Shown here one piece after another: positions 1-11,799 of a stretch of DNA of 64,000 bases (within the stretch, counting starts at the first letter, position 1; each line of letters opens with the position of its first letter). This DNA is from Macrostomum hystrix. Its lineage: Eukaryota > Animalia > Platyhelminthes. Made by a program: the position numbers and the translations under genes. Location: positions 9,238,001 through 9,302,000 of the forward strand of contig CATNEN010000038.1 in NCBI GenBank assembly GCA_950097015.1. Direction: 5' to 3'. Below the pieces are notes generated by a model, which saw only the letters and a list, made by a program, of their open reading frames with translations, was not told the origin of the DNA and did no database searches.

Positions 1-1250
1 TCTACCTGAGGGTGGATTCAGGGGCGGATTTGATTTCTAACTGAGGGTGGATTCAGGGGCGGATTTGATTTCAAACTGAGGGTGGATTCAGGGGCGGATT
101 TGATTTCTAACTGAGGGTGGATTCAGGGGCGGATTTGATTTCTAACTGAGGGTGGATTCAGGGGCCGTCTGGATTTCTTTGAGGACGGAGGATAAAGGGT
201 CGGTTGGGATTTCTGTGTGGAGGGCGGATTCAGGAGCGGATGGGATTTCTAACTAAGGGGGGTCGGGATTTCTGTCAAGGGGGCGGATGGGATTTCTAAA
301 AGATGGCGGATTCAGGGGCGGATTGGATTTCTACCATAGGGTGGATCAGGGGCGGATTCAGGGGCGGATGGGATTTCTAAAAGATGGTGGATTCAGGGGT
401 GGATTCGATTTCTGCGATAGGGTGGATTCAGGGGCGGATTCAGGGGCGGATTCAGGGGCGGATTCGATTTCTGCGATAGGGTGGATTCAGGGGCGGATTC
501 AGGGGCGGATTCGATTTCTGCGATAGGGTGGATTCAGGGGCGGATTCAGGGGCGGATTCGATTTCTGCGATAGGGTGGATTCAGGGGCGGATTCAGGGGC
601 GGATTCGATTTCTGCGATAGGGTGGATTCAGGGGCGGATTCAGGGGCGGATTCGATTTCTACCTTAGGGCGGATTCAGGGGCGGATTCGATTTCTACCAT
701 AGGGTGGATTCAGGGGCGGATTCGATTTCTATCATAAGGTGGATTCAGGGGCGGATTCAGGGGCGGATTCGATTTCTACCATAGGGTGGATTCAGGGGCG
801 GATTCAGGGGCGGGTTAGATTTCTACCTTAGGTCGGATTCAGGGGCGGATTGGATTTCTGAGGGCGGATTCAGGGGCAGATTGGATTTCTGAGGGGCGAA
901 TTGGATTTCTGAGGGCGGATTCAGGGGCGGATTGGATTTCTGAGGGCGGATTCAGGGGCGGATTGGATTTCTGAGGGCGGATTCAGGGGCGGATTGGATT
1001 TCTACCTTAAGTCGGATTCAGGGGCGGATTGGATTTCTACCTTAGGTCGGATTCAGTGGCGGATTGGATTTCTGAGGGCGGATTGGATTTCTAACTGAGG
1101 GCGGATTAAGGGGCGGATAATATTTCTACCTGAGGGCGGATTCAAGGGCCGATAGTATTTTATGGAGGGGGTTTACGGGCGGATTGGATTTCTAACTGAG
1201 GGCAGATTTACGTGGAGGAGAGGATTTATCACGGGGCGGATTCAGGGCCG
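1..1250. repeat. Degenerate G-rich minisatellite A (core GGATTCAGGGGC interleaved with GGATTCGATTTCTAC)
   Basis: Directly visible tandem units; second copy at 16456-16925. Confidence 0.95.
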
Positions 1251-1769
1251 GAAATCGTTTGCCTCTTCGGTCGGATGCCAATTAGTTTAGTGATTTGTTT
1301 CCGAGTGTCTAATTCTGTCGCGCGGCAAGTGATTTCCAAGTGCATTTAGAACTGGCAATGTTTCAGCCAAAGTCCAAAAACCGTTTGAGCAATTGAAGGC
1401 CACGCAGCTGTTGGAGTTGTAAAACTTCTATGTTTTTAGCGGCCAAGGATTAGCCAGCCCTGCAAACAGTAAGGCAGTAAACACTGGCTGCTTATACAGG
1501 CGCCAATCGAGGCATGCTTTATCTGCTGCTGCTGATTCTAAACTGTGCGCGAAGAGAACGAGGCATATGGCTGCCGTCTAGACTGAGGTGCCTCCGCTCT
1601 GCTAGCGATCGTAATCAGTTTCGACGCACTTCAACTTCGTCCACCAGGAGATTAGCGCCGCCGCCACCCGCCCCCTCCACCCTCGAAGCCAGTTTAGAGC
1701 CATCTAAGCTCGTGCTTTTTTCTGAATGAAAGAGCAATGTGCAATTTGAATTTGATTCCAGTCGTGGGA

Positions 1770-2675
1770 ATTTTTAGCGGTTGGTAGAGAGCGGAATTTT
1801 TAGGGGTTGGTAGGGAGCGGATTTAGGAGTTGGTAGGGGGCGGATATTGTGTTTGGTAGGGAGCGGATTTAGGAGTTGGTTGGGAGCGGATTTCGGGGTT
1901 GTTAGGGAGCGGATTTTGGGTTTGGTAGGGAGCGGATTAAGGAGTTGGTAGGGAGCTGATTTTGGGATTGGTAGGCAGCGGATTTAGGAGTTGGTAGGGA
2001 GCGGATATTTTGTTTGGTAGGGAGCGGATTTAGGAGTTGGTTGGGAGCGGATTTTGGGATTGGTAGGCAGCGGATTTAGAAGTTGGTAGAGATCTGATTT
2101 TGGAGTTGGTAGGGAGCGGATTTTGGGGTTGTTAAGGAGCGGATTTTAGATTTGGTAGGGAGCGGATTTTGGGGTTTGTAGGGAGCGGATTTAGAAGTCG
2201 GTAGGGAGCGGATTTAGGAGTAGGTAGGGAGCGGATATTTTGTTTGGTAGGGAGCGGATTTAGGAGTTGGTTGGGAGCGGATTTTGGGGTTGTTAGGGAG
2301 CGGATTTTGGGGTTGGTAGGGAGCTGATTTTGGGATTGGTAGGCAGCGGATTTAGAAGTTGGTAGGGAGCTGATTTTGGAGTTGGTAGGGAGCGGATTTT
2401 AGGTTTGGTATGGAGCGGATTTTGGGTTTGGTAGGGAGCGGATTTAGGAGTTGGTAGGGAGAGGATATTGGGTTTGGTTGGGAGCGGATTTTGGAGTTGG
2501 TAGGGAGCGGATTTAGGAGTTGTTAGGGAGCTGATTTTGGGGTTGGTAGGGAGCGGATTTAGGGGTTGTTAGGGAGCGGATTTAGGAGTTGGTAGGGAGC
2601 TGATTTTGGGTTTGGTATGGAGCGGATTTTGGGTTTGGTAGGGAGCGGATTTAGGAGTTGGTAGGGAGCGGGATT
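1770..2675. repeat. Degenerate G-rich minisatellite B (~24-25 bp, TTGGTAGGGAGCGGATTTAGGAG-like)
   Basis: Directly visible; second copy at 16935-18100. Confidence 0.95.
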
Positions 2676-3751
2676 TAAAAAGGATAGTCGCAGGTTTTTG
2701 GATTGGGTTTGAGAACTGATTTAGCATTTGTCGGAATGGGATTTCTTGGTAAGTTAGGGAGAGGATTTTAGGAGCCGATAAGCTAGGAAGCGGAATATAG
2801 GGGTGAATAGGGAACGAATTTTAGGGTTATATATGCGGGTAGAGGACTGCAGAGGGTAGGGACATTATTTAGAAGGGTGCAACTGGTGATGATTATCTGA
2901 TAGATAGTCAGATGACTTCCCTGACGCCGGCGCCATGATCAAATAAATTTCACTGAGAGCATTTATCAGACACTCAGACAAAGCATTGTATTTTACTAAC
3001 ACAAATGCAGCTGTTTCCGATGCTCAAATATAGTTGTCAACGACCTTAGCGATTCAATCGAAAATTTGTTGACGACTGTCAAAAGAATTCCGCGTCTGGC
3101 CGTTGTTGCCCGGCGTAAAAGTACAAACGCAGCCGCCCAGTCGTGGGACCTCGTGCGCCCCGCATGGCAAACACGCAGCAGCGAGGCTGCGTGTTAAAAC
3201 AAACCAGTTTGTCCCAAGGCCGCTTCCGCTTTGAGTCTCTCAATTTTTTGCTTCCTAGCTCGGTGGGCAACTGCCAGCCAGTCAGTCAGATCAGCATGCA
3301 CCGTCTGGCATGCATGCCCTGGAAACCCCACGCTGTGCCATTGTTTCGCCACTTTGCATAAATTGGCATGGCGGAAAGGGGAGTTGAGGTGCTAGACCCG
3401 CTGCCGCTGCTCACTGCAGCATTGAGATCCGAGACAGCACGATCTGTCAGAGTGGAAAAGTACAACCCCCAGGACTGGAATCAATACCCAATGTCTGGCA
3501 TTGATTTTGCCTTCCGCTCTCACATCAGCGCATACAGCACTAGCTCACTACTGTCTTGGTTGCTTGCTTTCGCTAGCTCAACACGAAATTCACGGCGCTA
3601 CCCAATCACATCTAGTCCCGAGTCCCGACTACCAGCGATTATACATCTACGCTCGTATTTCTGCTCTGCTCGGTTTTTTCAGCACCGTTCTGTTTCTTTT
3701 CCTTAATTGCAATCTTCCTTCCCATTCATACTTCCCTTCCCCTCATTCATT

Positions 3752-4975
3752 CTCCCCTGGCTCTTTCTTCCTCTCCCCTGGCTCTTTCTTCCTCTCCCCT
3801 GGCTCTTTCTTCCTCTCCCCTGGCTCTTTCTTCCTCTCCCCTGGCTCTTTCTTCCTCTCCCCTGGCTCTTTCTTCCTCTCCCCTGGCTCTTTCTTCCTCT
3901 CCCCTGGCTCTTTCTTCCTCTCCCCTGGCTCTTTCTTCCTCTCCCCTGGCTCTTTCTTCCTCTCCCCTGGCTCTTTCTTCCTCTCCCCTGGCTCTTTCTT
4001 CCTCTCCCCTGGCTCTTTCTTCCTCTCCCCTGGCTCTTTCTTCCTCTCCCCTGGCTCTTTCTTCCTCTCCCCTGGCTCTTTCTTCCTCTCCCCTGGCTCT
4101 TTCTTCCTCTCCCCTGGCTCTTTCTTCCTCTCCCCCTGACTATTTCTTCCTCTCCCCCCTGACTATTTCTTCCTCTCCCCCTGACTATTTCTTCCTTTCC
4201 CCCTGGCTCTTTCTTCCTCTCCTCCCTGTCTCTTTCTTCCTCTCCCTCTGACTCTTTCTTCCTTTCCCCCTGGCTCTTTCTTCCTCTCCTCCCTGGCTCT
4301 TTCTTCCTCTCCTCCCTGTCTCTTCCTTCCTCTCCCCCTGACTATTTCTTCCTTTCCCCCTGGCTCTTTCTTCCTCTCCTCCCTGTCTCTTCCTTCCTCT
4401 CCCCCTGACTATTTCTTCCTTTCCCCCTGGCTCTTTCTTCCTCTCCCCTGGCTCTTTCTTCCTCTCCCCTGGCTCTTTCTTCCTCTCCCCTGGCTCTTTC
4501 TTCCTCTCCTCCCTGGCTCTTTCTTCCTCTCCCCTGGCTCTTTCTTCCTCTCCCCTGGCTCTTTCTTCCTCTCCCCCTGACTATTTCTTCCTCTCCCCCC
4601 TGACTATTTCTTCCTCTCCCCCTGACTATTTCTTCCTTTCCCCCTGGCTCTTTCTTCCTCTCCTCCCTGTCTCTTTCTTCCTCTCCCTCTGACTCTTTCT
4701 TCCTTTCCCCCTGGCTCTTTCTTCCTCTCCTCCCTGGCTCTTTCTTCCTCTCCTCCCTGTCTCTTCCTTCCTCTCCCCCTGACTATTTCTTCCTTTCCCC
4801 CTGGCTCTTTCTTCCTCTCCCCTGGCTCTTTCTTCCTCTCCTCCCTGGCTCTTTCTTCCTCTCCTCCCTGTCTCTTTCTTCCTCTCCCTCTGACTCTTTC
4901 TTCCTCTCCCTCTGGCTCTTTCTTCCTCTCCCTCTGACTCTTTCTTCCTCTCCCTCTGACTCTTTCTCCTTTTCG
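3752..4975. repeat. 21-bp pyrimidine-rich minisatellite (CCCTGGCTCTTTCTTCCTCTC)
   Basis: Perfect units to ~4135, then degenerate variants; explains the SPGSFFL and LPWLFLP ORFs. Confidence 0.97.
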
Positions 4976-6098
4976 GTCTTTTCTTACAAATAAAGAAAGT
5001 TCATATTTAATTTCAGCATTCTGCAATAACCTTTATTTGTCTAGGCCTAGGGCCTAGGCTCCAAACTTTCAAGTTAGTTTGCGACTTCGCGTGTTAGTCT
5101 GCCAATTGCCAACTTCAATTTAACTTATCATATTTAATCGACTATGTTTTCAACTAGTGTTTCTTGCCTTAAAAACTGGTTGTTTCTCAGAAAATGCACT
5201 TTTAAAATGCCTTGTTCTTGCGTACACAATTCTGGCTGGCAGCCCCCCCTGTGGCTGTGGCCCGTCTCCCGTCTGTCTAGACTCGCTGCCACACACCACC
5301 CCCCTGTAAAAGCAGACGACAGCAATTGCTGCCAGCCAGCCAGCCAGCCTATTATTTCTTATTCTGCCCCTACATGCTGCAGCTTTCAAATCGTTTATTA
5401 TTAAGAGAAAACTGGTCGTTGCTTGCGAAAGAAAATTCAAATTTGACCTTAAACAACTGGGCAGTTGGCAGTTCGGAGTGCGGAGGGGGGTTGGCATACA
5501 GAGAACTCTTATCGCTTCACTTATCGGCTTCAGTTGAAGCTGAACCAGACCAACAGAGTCCAGAACATTTGCAGTCGCATGAGCTGTGAGAGTTGAATTT
5601 TGAGTGCCAGTCTGCCAGATAAAGTCAAGGCCGATCGTATATTATTTACTGTCTGTCTGCCCACTCCCAGCAAGCCAAACCAAAGCATTTTTATTACCTT
5701 GAAGAGTACGCATAACCTTGCAAAGTGTATCGCCAATTGAATCGACACAATACTGTCCACACTGAGAGAGAAATACGTCAAAGTTCGATTTATTTCACCG
5801 CAAATCTGCACTGCAGACTTATAGTCTCTGACTCTCTATAGTCTCCTTAGTCCTAACTCAAAATGTTAATTCTGCCCGCAGCCACAGCCCACAGCCAGTC
5901 TTATCGATAATATTACCGCTTACGTCAGCGCCATGTCTGCCTGGCTGCAGGTAGTCGCATTGGCAAGTCTCTTCTGCGAGTTCCAGACAATGCCAGATTG
6001 CATTTATATAGTGCACTGCGTACCTTAACAATACTGCCTGTGCCAATGCCAATCGACTAATCTTAACCGTATGCTTGCTGCCTTATTGTTACTTTACG

Positions 6099-6836
6099 TG
6101 TCTACTCTACTCAAAGCTCAACTTACTTCTCAAACCTGTCTACTCTACTCAAAGCTCTACTTCTTGAACCTTTCTACTCTACTCAAAGCTCTACTTCTCA
6201 AACCTGTCTACTCTACTCAAAGCTCGACTTACTTCTCAAACCTGTCTACTCTACTCAAAACTCTTCTTCTCAAACCTGTCTACTCTACTCAAAACTCTTC
6301 TTCTCAAACCTGTCTACTCTACTCAAAGCTCGACTTACTTCTCAAACCTGTCTACTCTACTCAAAACTCTTCTTCTCAAACCTGTCTACTCTACTCAAAA
6401 CTCTTCTTCTCAAACCTGTCTACTCTACTCAAAGCTCGACTTACTTCTCAAACCTGTCTACTCTACTAAAAACTTTTCTTCTCAAACCTATCTACTCTAC
6501 TCAAAACTCTTCTTCTCAAACCTGTCTACTCTACTCAAAGCTCGACTTACTTCTCAAACCTGTCTACTCTACTCAAAGCTCGACTTACTTCTCAAACCTG
6601 TCTACTCTACTAAAAACTTTTCTTCTCAAACCTGTCTACTCTACTCAAAGCTCGACTTACATCTCAAACCTGTCTACTCTACTCAAAAATTTTCTTCTCA
6701 AACCTGTCTACTCTACTCAAAGCTCGACTTACTTCTCAAACCTGTCTACTTTACTCAAGGCTCTACTGCTCAAACTTATCTTCTCTACTCAAAGCTCTAC
6801 TGCTCAAACCTATCTACTCTACTCAAAGCTCTACTT
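6099..6836. repeat. 34/38-bp minisatellite family C (CTCAAACCTGTCTACTCTACTCAAAGCTCTACTT), array 1
   Basis: Tandem units; same family at 7848-8392, 9088-9613 and 18218-18975. Confidence 0.95.
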
Positions 6837-6969
6837 TTCCTATCTGTTTACTCAACTCATACCAGAACTCTCTGACTGTGTGAATCGTGCTGTCTGAATC
6901 GCTCAGACTTTCTAGTCACAGTCCAGTCACAATCAACAGCATGTGGAGAAGCCAGTGAAATGTGGTCCC

Positions 6970-7065
6970 AACCGACCAATGCGACGCTTTTCATTGGCCG
7001 TGATAGCCGTGCCAGGGGGGCGGCGGGTGGGTGACTCTTGTTTTTCTGTCCTATAAGAGCTGGGG
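6970..7065 (+). promoter_or_regulatory. Candidate Pol II core promoter of gene X
   Basis: CCAAT (~6977), inverted CCAAT (~6993), GC-box-like GGGGGCGGCGGG (~7016-7027) and TATAAGAG (7052-7059), about 160 bp upstream of ATG 7215. A possible 5'UTR intron ends at TTCTACAG (~7191). Confidence 0.5.
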
Positions 7066-7214
7066 CCGCATGGACCACTGTCTGGTCCAAAGTAACTCCC
7101 TGTTAGAAACTAATTAAATAAGCTTAAGCAGCTAGACCTGACCACTGCCAGCTGTTAATTTGATTTGTCCTACCTGATTTTCATTCTACAGTACGCAGTT
7201 GACTAAAATTAGTC

Positions 7215-9816
7215 ATGAGTTTGCGAAAATTGTTCTCCTGCGTTTCACAGCAGAACACCCGGCGCGACCAACAGGAGCGAGACAATGACGCCTACGCCGA
7301 AGGCCGCGTCGGATGCGGCACAATACAGACGTCCAAAGTTAGACGGCGCAGTCGAGAGCGCTGCCCAAAGTGCAAGGGCGTTCTGCCGCCATCGCGGGAC
7401 AAGACAGGCTCCCGTCCGCAGCAGCTGTTGCTTCAAAGCCATGCAGCGGTGCCGCCAATTTTAATTCCAGCCGCGAAGTGCGTCAAAGAAGACTCGGGCT
7501 GCTTTGAAGCCAGGGTAAATGATCACTTGTTTAGACTGGCTTATAGAAGAGACTCGACTAATTTTCTGTGTCTGTCTGCGCTCAAAAGAATCCGGATTAG
7601 CTCGTAGCTATTAGATTGCGAAACACATGGGATTTACCTGAGGCCGCGATTAAAATTGGTTCCCAATCAGAGACAGCACCTGATCTCTGATTGCTGTCTT
7701 CTGATCTCATAGATCTGCTTTAAGTTTACAAGCACGATTGCACTAAAGGATTATGTAAGTCCAACCGCACTTATCCTCTCAAAGGAACAGCTAAGTCGAT
7801 CGACTAAAAGTGACTCACGCAATTGGGTGAGATGGTACAATGAAGCTCAACTACTCAAAGCTCTACTTACTTCTCAAACTTGTAACCTGTCTACTCCACT
7901 GAACGCTAACCTATTCTCGATTAACCTTATTAACCTTAAGCTCTACTTTCTTCTCAAACCTGTCTCAAACCTGTCTTCTCTACTCAAAGCTCTTCTTCTT
8001 AAACCTGTCTTCTCTACTCAAAGCTCTACTTACTTCTCAAACCTGTCTACTCTACTCAAAGCTCTACTTACTTCTCAAACCTGTCTACTCTACTCAAAGC
8101 TCTACTTCTCAAACCTGTCTACTCTACTCAAAGCTCTACTTCTCAAACCTGTCTACTCTACTCAAAGCTCTACTTCTCAAACCTGTCTACTCTACTCAAA
8201 GCTCTACTTCTCAAACCTGTCTACTCTACTCAAAGCTCTACTTCTCAAACCTGTCTTCTCTACTCAAAGCTCTACTTACTTCTCAAACCTGTCTACTCTA
8301 CTCAAAGCTCTACTTACTTCTCAAACCTGTCTACTCTACTCAAAGCTCTACTTCTCAAACCTGTCTTCTCTACTCAAAGCTCTTCTTCTCAATCACTTCT
8401 CAAGAGTCAATTTGTGCCACAATCTTCCAGCAGCTGCATGCAGAACCAGAAGCGGCGCGACCAGCTCAGGGCGATCAGGAAGACTCTGGTGTTGGTCTAG
8501 GCGATACCGCCGACTGCCCAGGTCCGTCGACGCAACCTCGGCGACAGCAGCAGCAGCAGCATCAGCAGCCGGCTCCATTTAAATCAGGAGCGGACAGCCG
8601 GAGCACCGACCTGTTTCTGCTGCAGCTCAGGGAGCAGACCAGGTGGGTGCCGAGGCTGCCAAATCAACAGGCGCCCTGCGACCGGGCCAGTCAGAACCGA
8701 TTTCGAGAGCTCAAGGCTGCCTGTACCATGCAGGTACGCCTACAGCCATTAGCCGCTAGTAAGTGATAACTATCCAGCTGTGTCACAATTAGTATTTTTT
8801 AGTATCATATGAGTATTCTTAAACGATTTTGTCTTTTTCAGACTTTTATTAACGCCATCAAACCAGCAATTTGTTAAAATTTTCACACTGTCCAACTCTA
8901 GATATACGAGACTCTTTACACAGATGTGAATTTTGAAGTTATTGTGCCACAATATTGTTGTCTCCTTCACTCTACACTAAAACCCTCGTTTGCGTGTCGT
9001 CTTGCTTTTTCAGCCAGTCGCACCAATATCTTGAAATTCATTTAGCAAGTCATATGCGTCATATCTTTCATTTTTCTTATTCAGACCCGTCTTCTCTACT
9101 CAAAGCTCTACTTCTCAAACCTGTCTACTCTACTCAAAGCTCTACTTCTCAAACCTGTCTTCTCTGCACAAAGCTCTACTTCTCAAACCTGTCTACTCTA
9201 CTCAAAGCTCTACTTCTCAAACCTGTCTACTCTACTCAAAGCTCTACTTCTCAAACCTGTCTACTCTACTCAAAGCTCTACTTCTCAAACCTGTCTTCTC
9301 TACTCAAAGCTCTACTTCGCAAACCTGTCTACTCTACTCAAGGCTCTACTTCTCAAACCTGTCTACTCTACTCAAAGCTCTACTTCTCAAACCTGTCTAC
9401 TCTACTCAAAGCTCTACTTCTCAAATCTGTCTTCTCTACTCAAAGCTCTACTTCTCAAACCTGTCTTCTCTACTGAAAGCTCTACTTTTCAAACCTGTCT
9501 ACTCTACTCAAAGCTCTACTTCTCATACCTGTCTACTCTACTCAAAGCTCTACTTCTCAAACCTGTCTACTCTACTCAAAGCTCTACTTCTCAAACCTGT
9601 CTACTCTACTCAATGCTAACCTATTCTCGTTCGTAGTCATATGCGTCATATCTGTCAATTTTCTTAATTCAGATTGCATCCTTCAAACTAGTTTGTTCCC
9701 TGGTTGGATATCGAGCTGTGAAAATTGACGGGCAAATGTGTTTGTTTGTCTGTACCGGTGACCTTCGCGATGATTCACCAGGTTCTTATTTAACAAGCAA
9801 TTTTTTAGTTTGCTAG
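7215..9816 (+). CDS. Unknown protein ('gene X'), predicted 3 exons: 7215-7514, 8431-8733, 9673-9816 (~248 aa)
   Basis: GT-AG junctions AGG|gtaaat, ttccag|CAG, CAG|gtacgc and attcag|ATT are all phase 0, and the frame is stop-free. Exon 2 reads QLHAEPEAARPAQGDQEDSGVGLG...ELKAACTMQ. Contains a CPKC motif, poly-Q and two EDSG motifs. No homologue recognised; exon 3 is the least certain. Confidence 0.55.
7848..8392. repeat. Minisatellite family C, array 2 (intron 1 of gene X)
   Basis: Tandem 34/38-bp units. Confidence 0.95.
9088..9613. repeat. Minisatellite family C, array 3 (intron 2 of gene X)
   Basis: Tandem 34-bp units flanked by an imperfect ~38-bp direct repeat (9048-9085 / 9635-9672). Confidence 0.95.
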
Positions 9817-10553
9817 GCTCTTGGTTTTCTTTATTTAAATAAACTTTCTGTCTCGTTCTTCATATATAATTATGCTGTGTAAAACTCGTGCAGAAGCTTT
9901 TTGAACTCGCGCCAAATTGGATCATTTGTTTGTCTTTATTCAAGCCGGAAAACTGGCACAGTTGTGGCAATGGCAACTCCAGCATTTTTACAATCTGTTT
10001 AGAGCCACAAATCAGAGTTACATTTTTCATTTTGTACTTTTCAATGCATTCGCGCTTTCATTTGCCTGTGTACAATTTGCATTATTATTTGAGTCATTTC
10101 TGACTATAAATAGATTTGCCTACTGTCCTGCTGGATGTACTCATGTGAGATAATGTCAGTATAATATATATTATTAACTATTCCCCCATTGAAATCCCGA
10201 GTACTAACGAGTTTATTAGCTCAATCAGGATTGGATCAGTTTTTGGACAGTCCCTCTGGTCTTGTTTCATTTCTGTGTTAAAAGTATGAACTTTTTTTTC
10301 TGTCTACTGGTGAATGTGCAATAAATAAAAGACTGGACTTCAACCTCTAATACGAAATAAATTGGAAACAAAAAATCTGGCTTCATGGACTATAGAAGCT
10401 ACAATTATATTGCTATAAGACTCGATAAATATTAAATACAAATTTTCCATAGAGACTCACTGCCTAAAAACGTAAACAAAGTACAGGACGTAAAAAGTAT
10501 TGTGTTATTACTATTTTTTGTCATTGGTACTAAAAGCTAGATTCCACATATGC

Positions 10554-10662
10554 GAAGGCTTGCTGGCTTTTCGTGCAATTTATACGCCCTTCAGAAGGCC
10601 AAAGGTAAGACTGCCCCTTACTGTGTCTGAGGGGCAAAGTAAGAGTGTTCACTGCCTGGCAC
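10554..10662 (+). mobile_element. Partial SINE family 1 fragment (duplicated at ~19777-19886)
   Basis: GAAGGCTT..TCGTGCAATTTATACGCCCTT..GAGTGTTCACTGCCTG resembles the body of the SINEs at 54315 and 61690. Confidence 0.55.
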
Positions 10663-10666
10663 CCCA

Positions 10667-11263
10667 TCTCTGCCACTCTCACCCTCTGCCACTCTCACCC
10701 TCTGCCACTCTCACCCTCTGCCACTCTCACCCTCTGCCACTCTCACCCTCTGCCACTCTCACCCTCTGCCACTCTCACCCTCTGCCACTCTCACCCTCTG
10801 CCACTCTCACCCTCTGCCACTCTCACCCTCTGCCACTCTCACCCTCTGCCACTCTCACCCTCTGCCACTCTCACCCTCTGCCACTCTCACCCTCTGCCAC
10901 TCTCACCCTCTGCCACTCTCACCCTCTGCCACTCTCACCCTCTGCCACTCTCACCCTCTGCCATTCTCACTCTCTGCCACTCTCACCCTCTGCCACTCTC
11001 ACCCTCTGCCACTCTCACCCTCTGCCACTCTCACCCTCTGCCACTCTCACCCTCTGCCACTCTCACCCTCTGCCACTCTCACCCTCTGCCACTCTCACCC
11101 TCTGCCACTTTCACCCTCTGCCACTCTCACCCTCTGCCACTCTCACCCTCTGCCATTCTCACTCTCTGCCACTCTCACCCTCTGCCACTCTCACCCTCTG
11201 CCACTCTCACCCTCTGCCACTCTCACCCTCTGCCACTCTCACTCTCTGCCACTCTCACCCTCT
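10667..11263. repeat. 16-bp minisatellite (TCTGCCACTCTCACCC); short paralogous array at 19893-19980
   Basis: Near-perfect tandem units. Confidence 0.97.
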
Positions 11264-11377
11264 CTGTGTGTGAGACTGAGACTGTGAATCTACAAAGCAT
11301 AACTGTGTGATGCTTTTTACCTAAAGCATCTAAAACCCAAACCTGGTCTAAAACCGTAGCTTGCGACGCTGGTAGAT

Positions 11378-11781
11378 TGGATAGTGTGTTGCAGAGTTGC
11401 AGAGTTGAATAATGGCCAATGGATAGTGTGTTGCAGAGTTGCAGAGTTGAATAATGGCCAATGGATAGTGTGTTGCAGAGTTGAATAATGGCCAATGGAT
11501 AGTGTGTTGCAGAGTTGCAGAGTTGAATAATGGCCAATGGATAGTGTGTTGCAGAGTTGAATAATGGCCAATGGATAGTGTGTTGCAGAGTTGAATAATG
11601 GCCAATGGATAGTGTGTTGCAGAGTTGAATAATGGCCAATGGATAGTGTGTTGCAGAGTTGCAGAGTTGAATAATGGCCAATGGATAGTGTGTTGCAGAG
11701 TTGAATAATGGCCAATGGATAGTGTGTTGCAGAGTTGAATAATGGCCAATGGATAGTGTGTTGCAGAGTTGAATAATGGCC
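11378..11781. repeat. 34/42-bp minisatellite (GGATAGTGTGTTGCAGAGTTGAATAATGGCCAAT)
   Basis: Tandem units with an optional 8-bp GCAGAGTT duplication. Confidence 0.95.
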
Positions 11782-11799
11782 AAAACACGAGTTCGCGTA

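Noticed and set aside
1514-1729. 71-aa ORF with hydrophobic N-terminus
   Set aside because: Short, no homology, and absent from the duplicated block.
3000-3700. Possible hAT/TTF zinc-finger transposase remnant on the minus strand
   Set aside because: Only vague similarity across stops and frameshifts; cannot be supported without a profile search.
3501-11788. Repeat-derived ORFs (SPGSFFL, LLKPVYSTQSS, ATLTLCHSHP, IIQLCNTLS)
   Set aside because: Minisatellite read-throughs. The 16- and 34-bp units cycle through all three frames, and the 21-bp unit is open in several frames at once.
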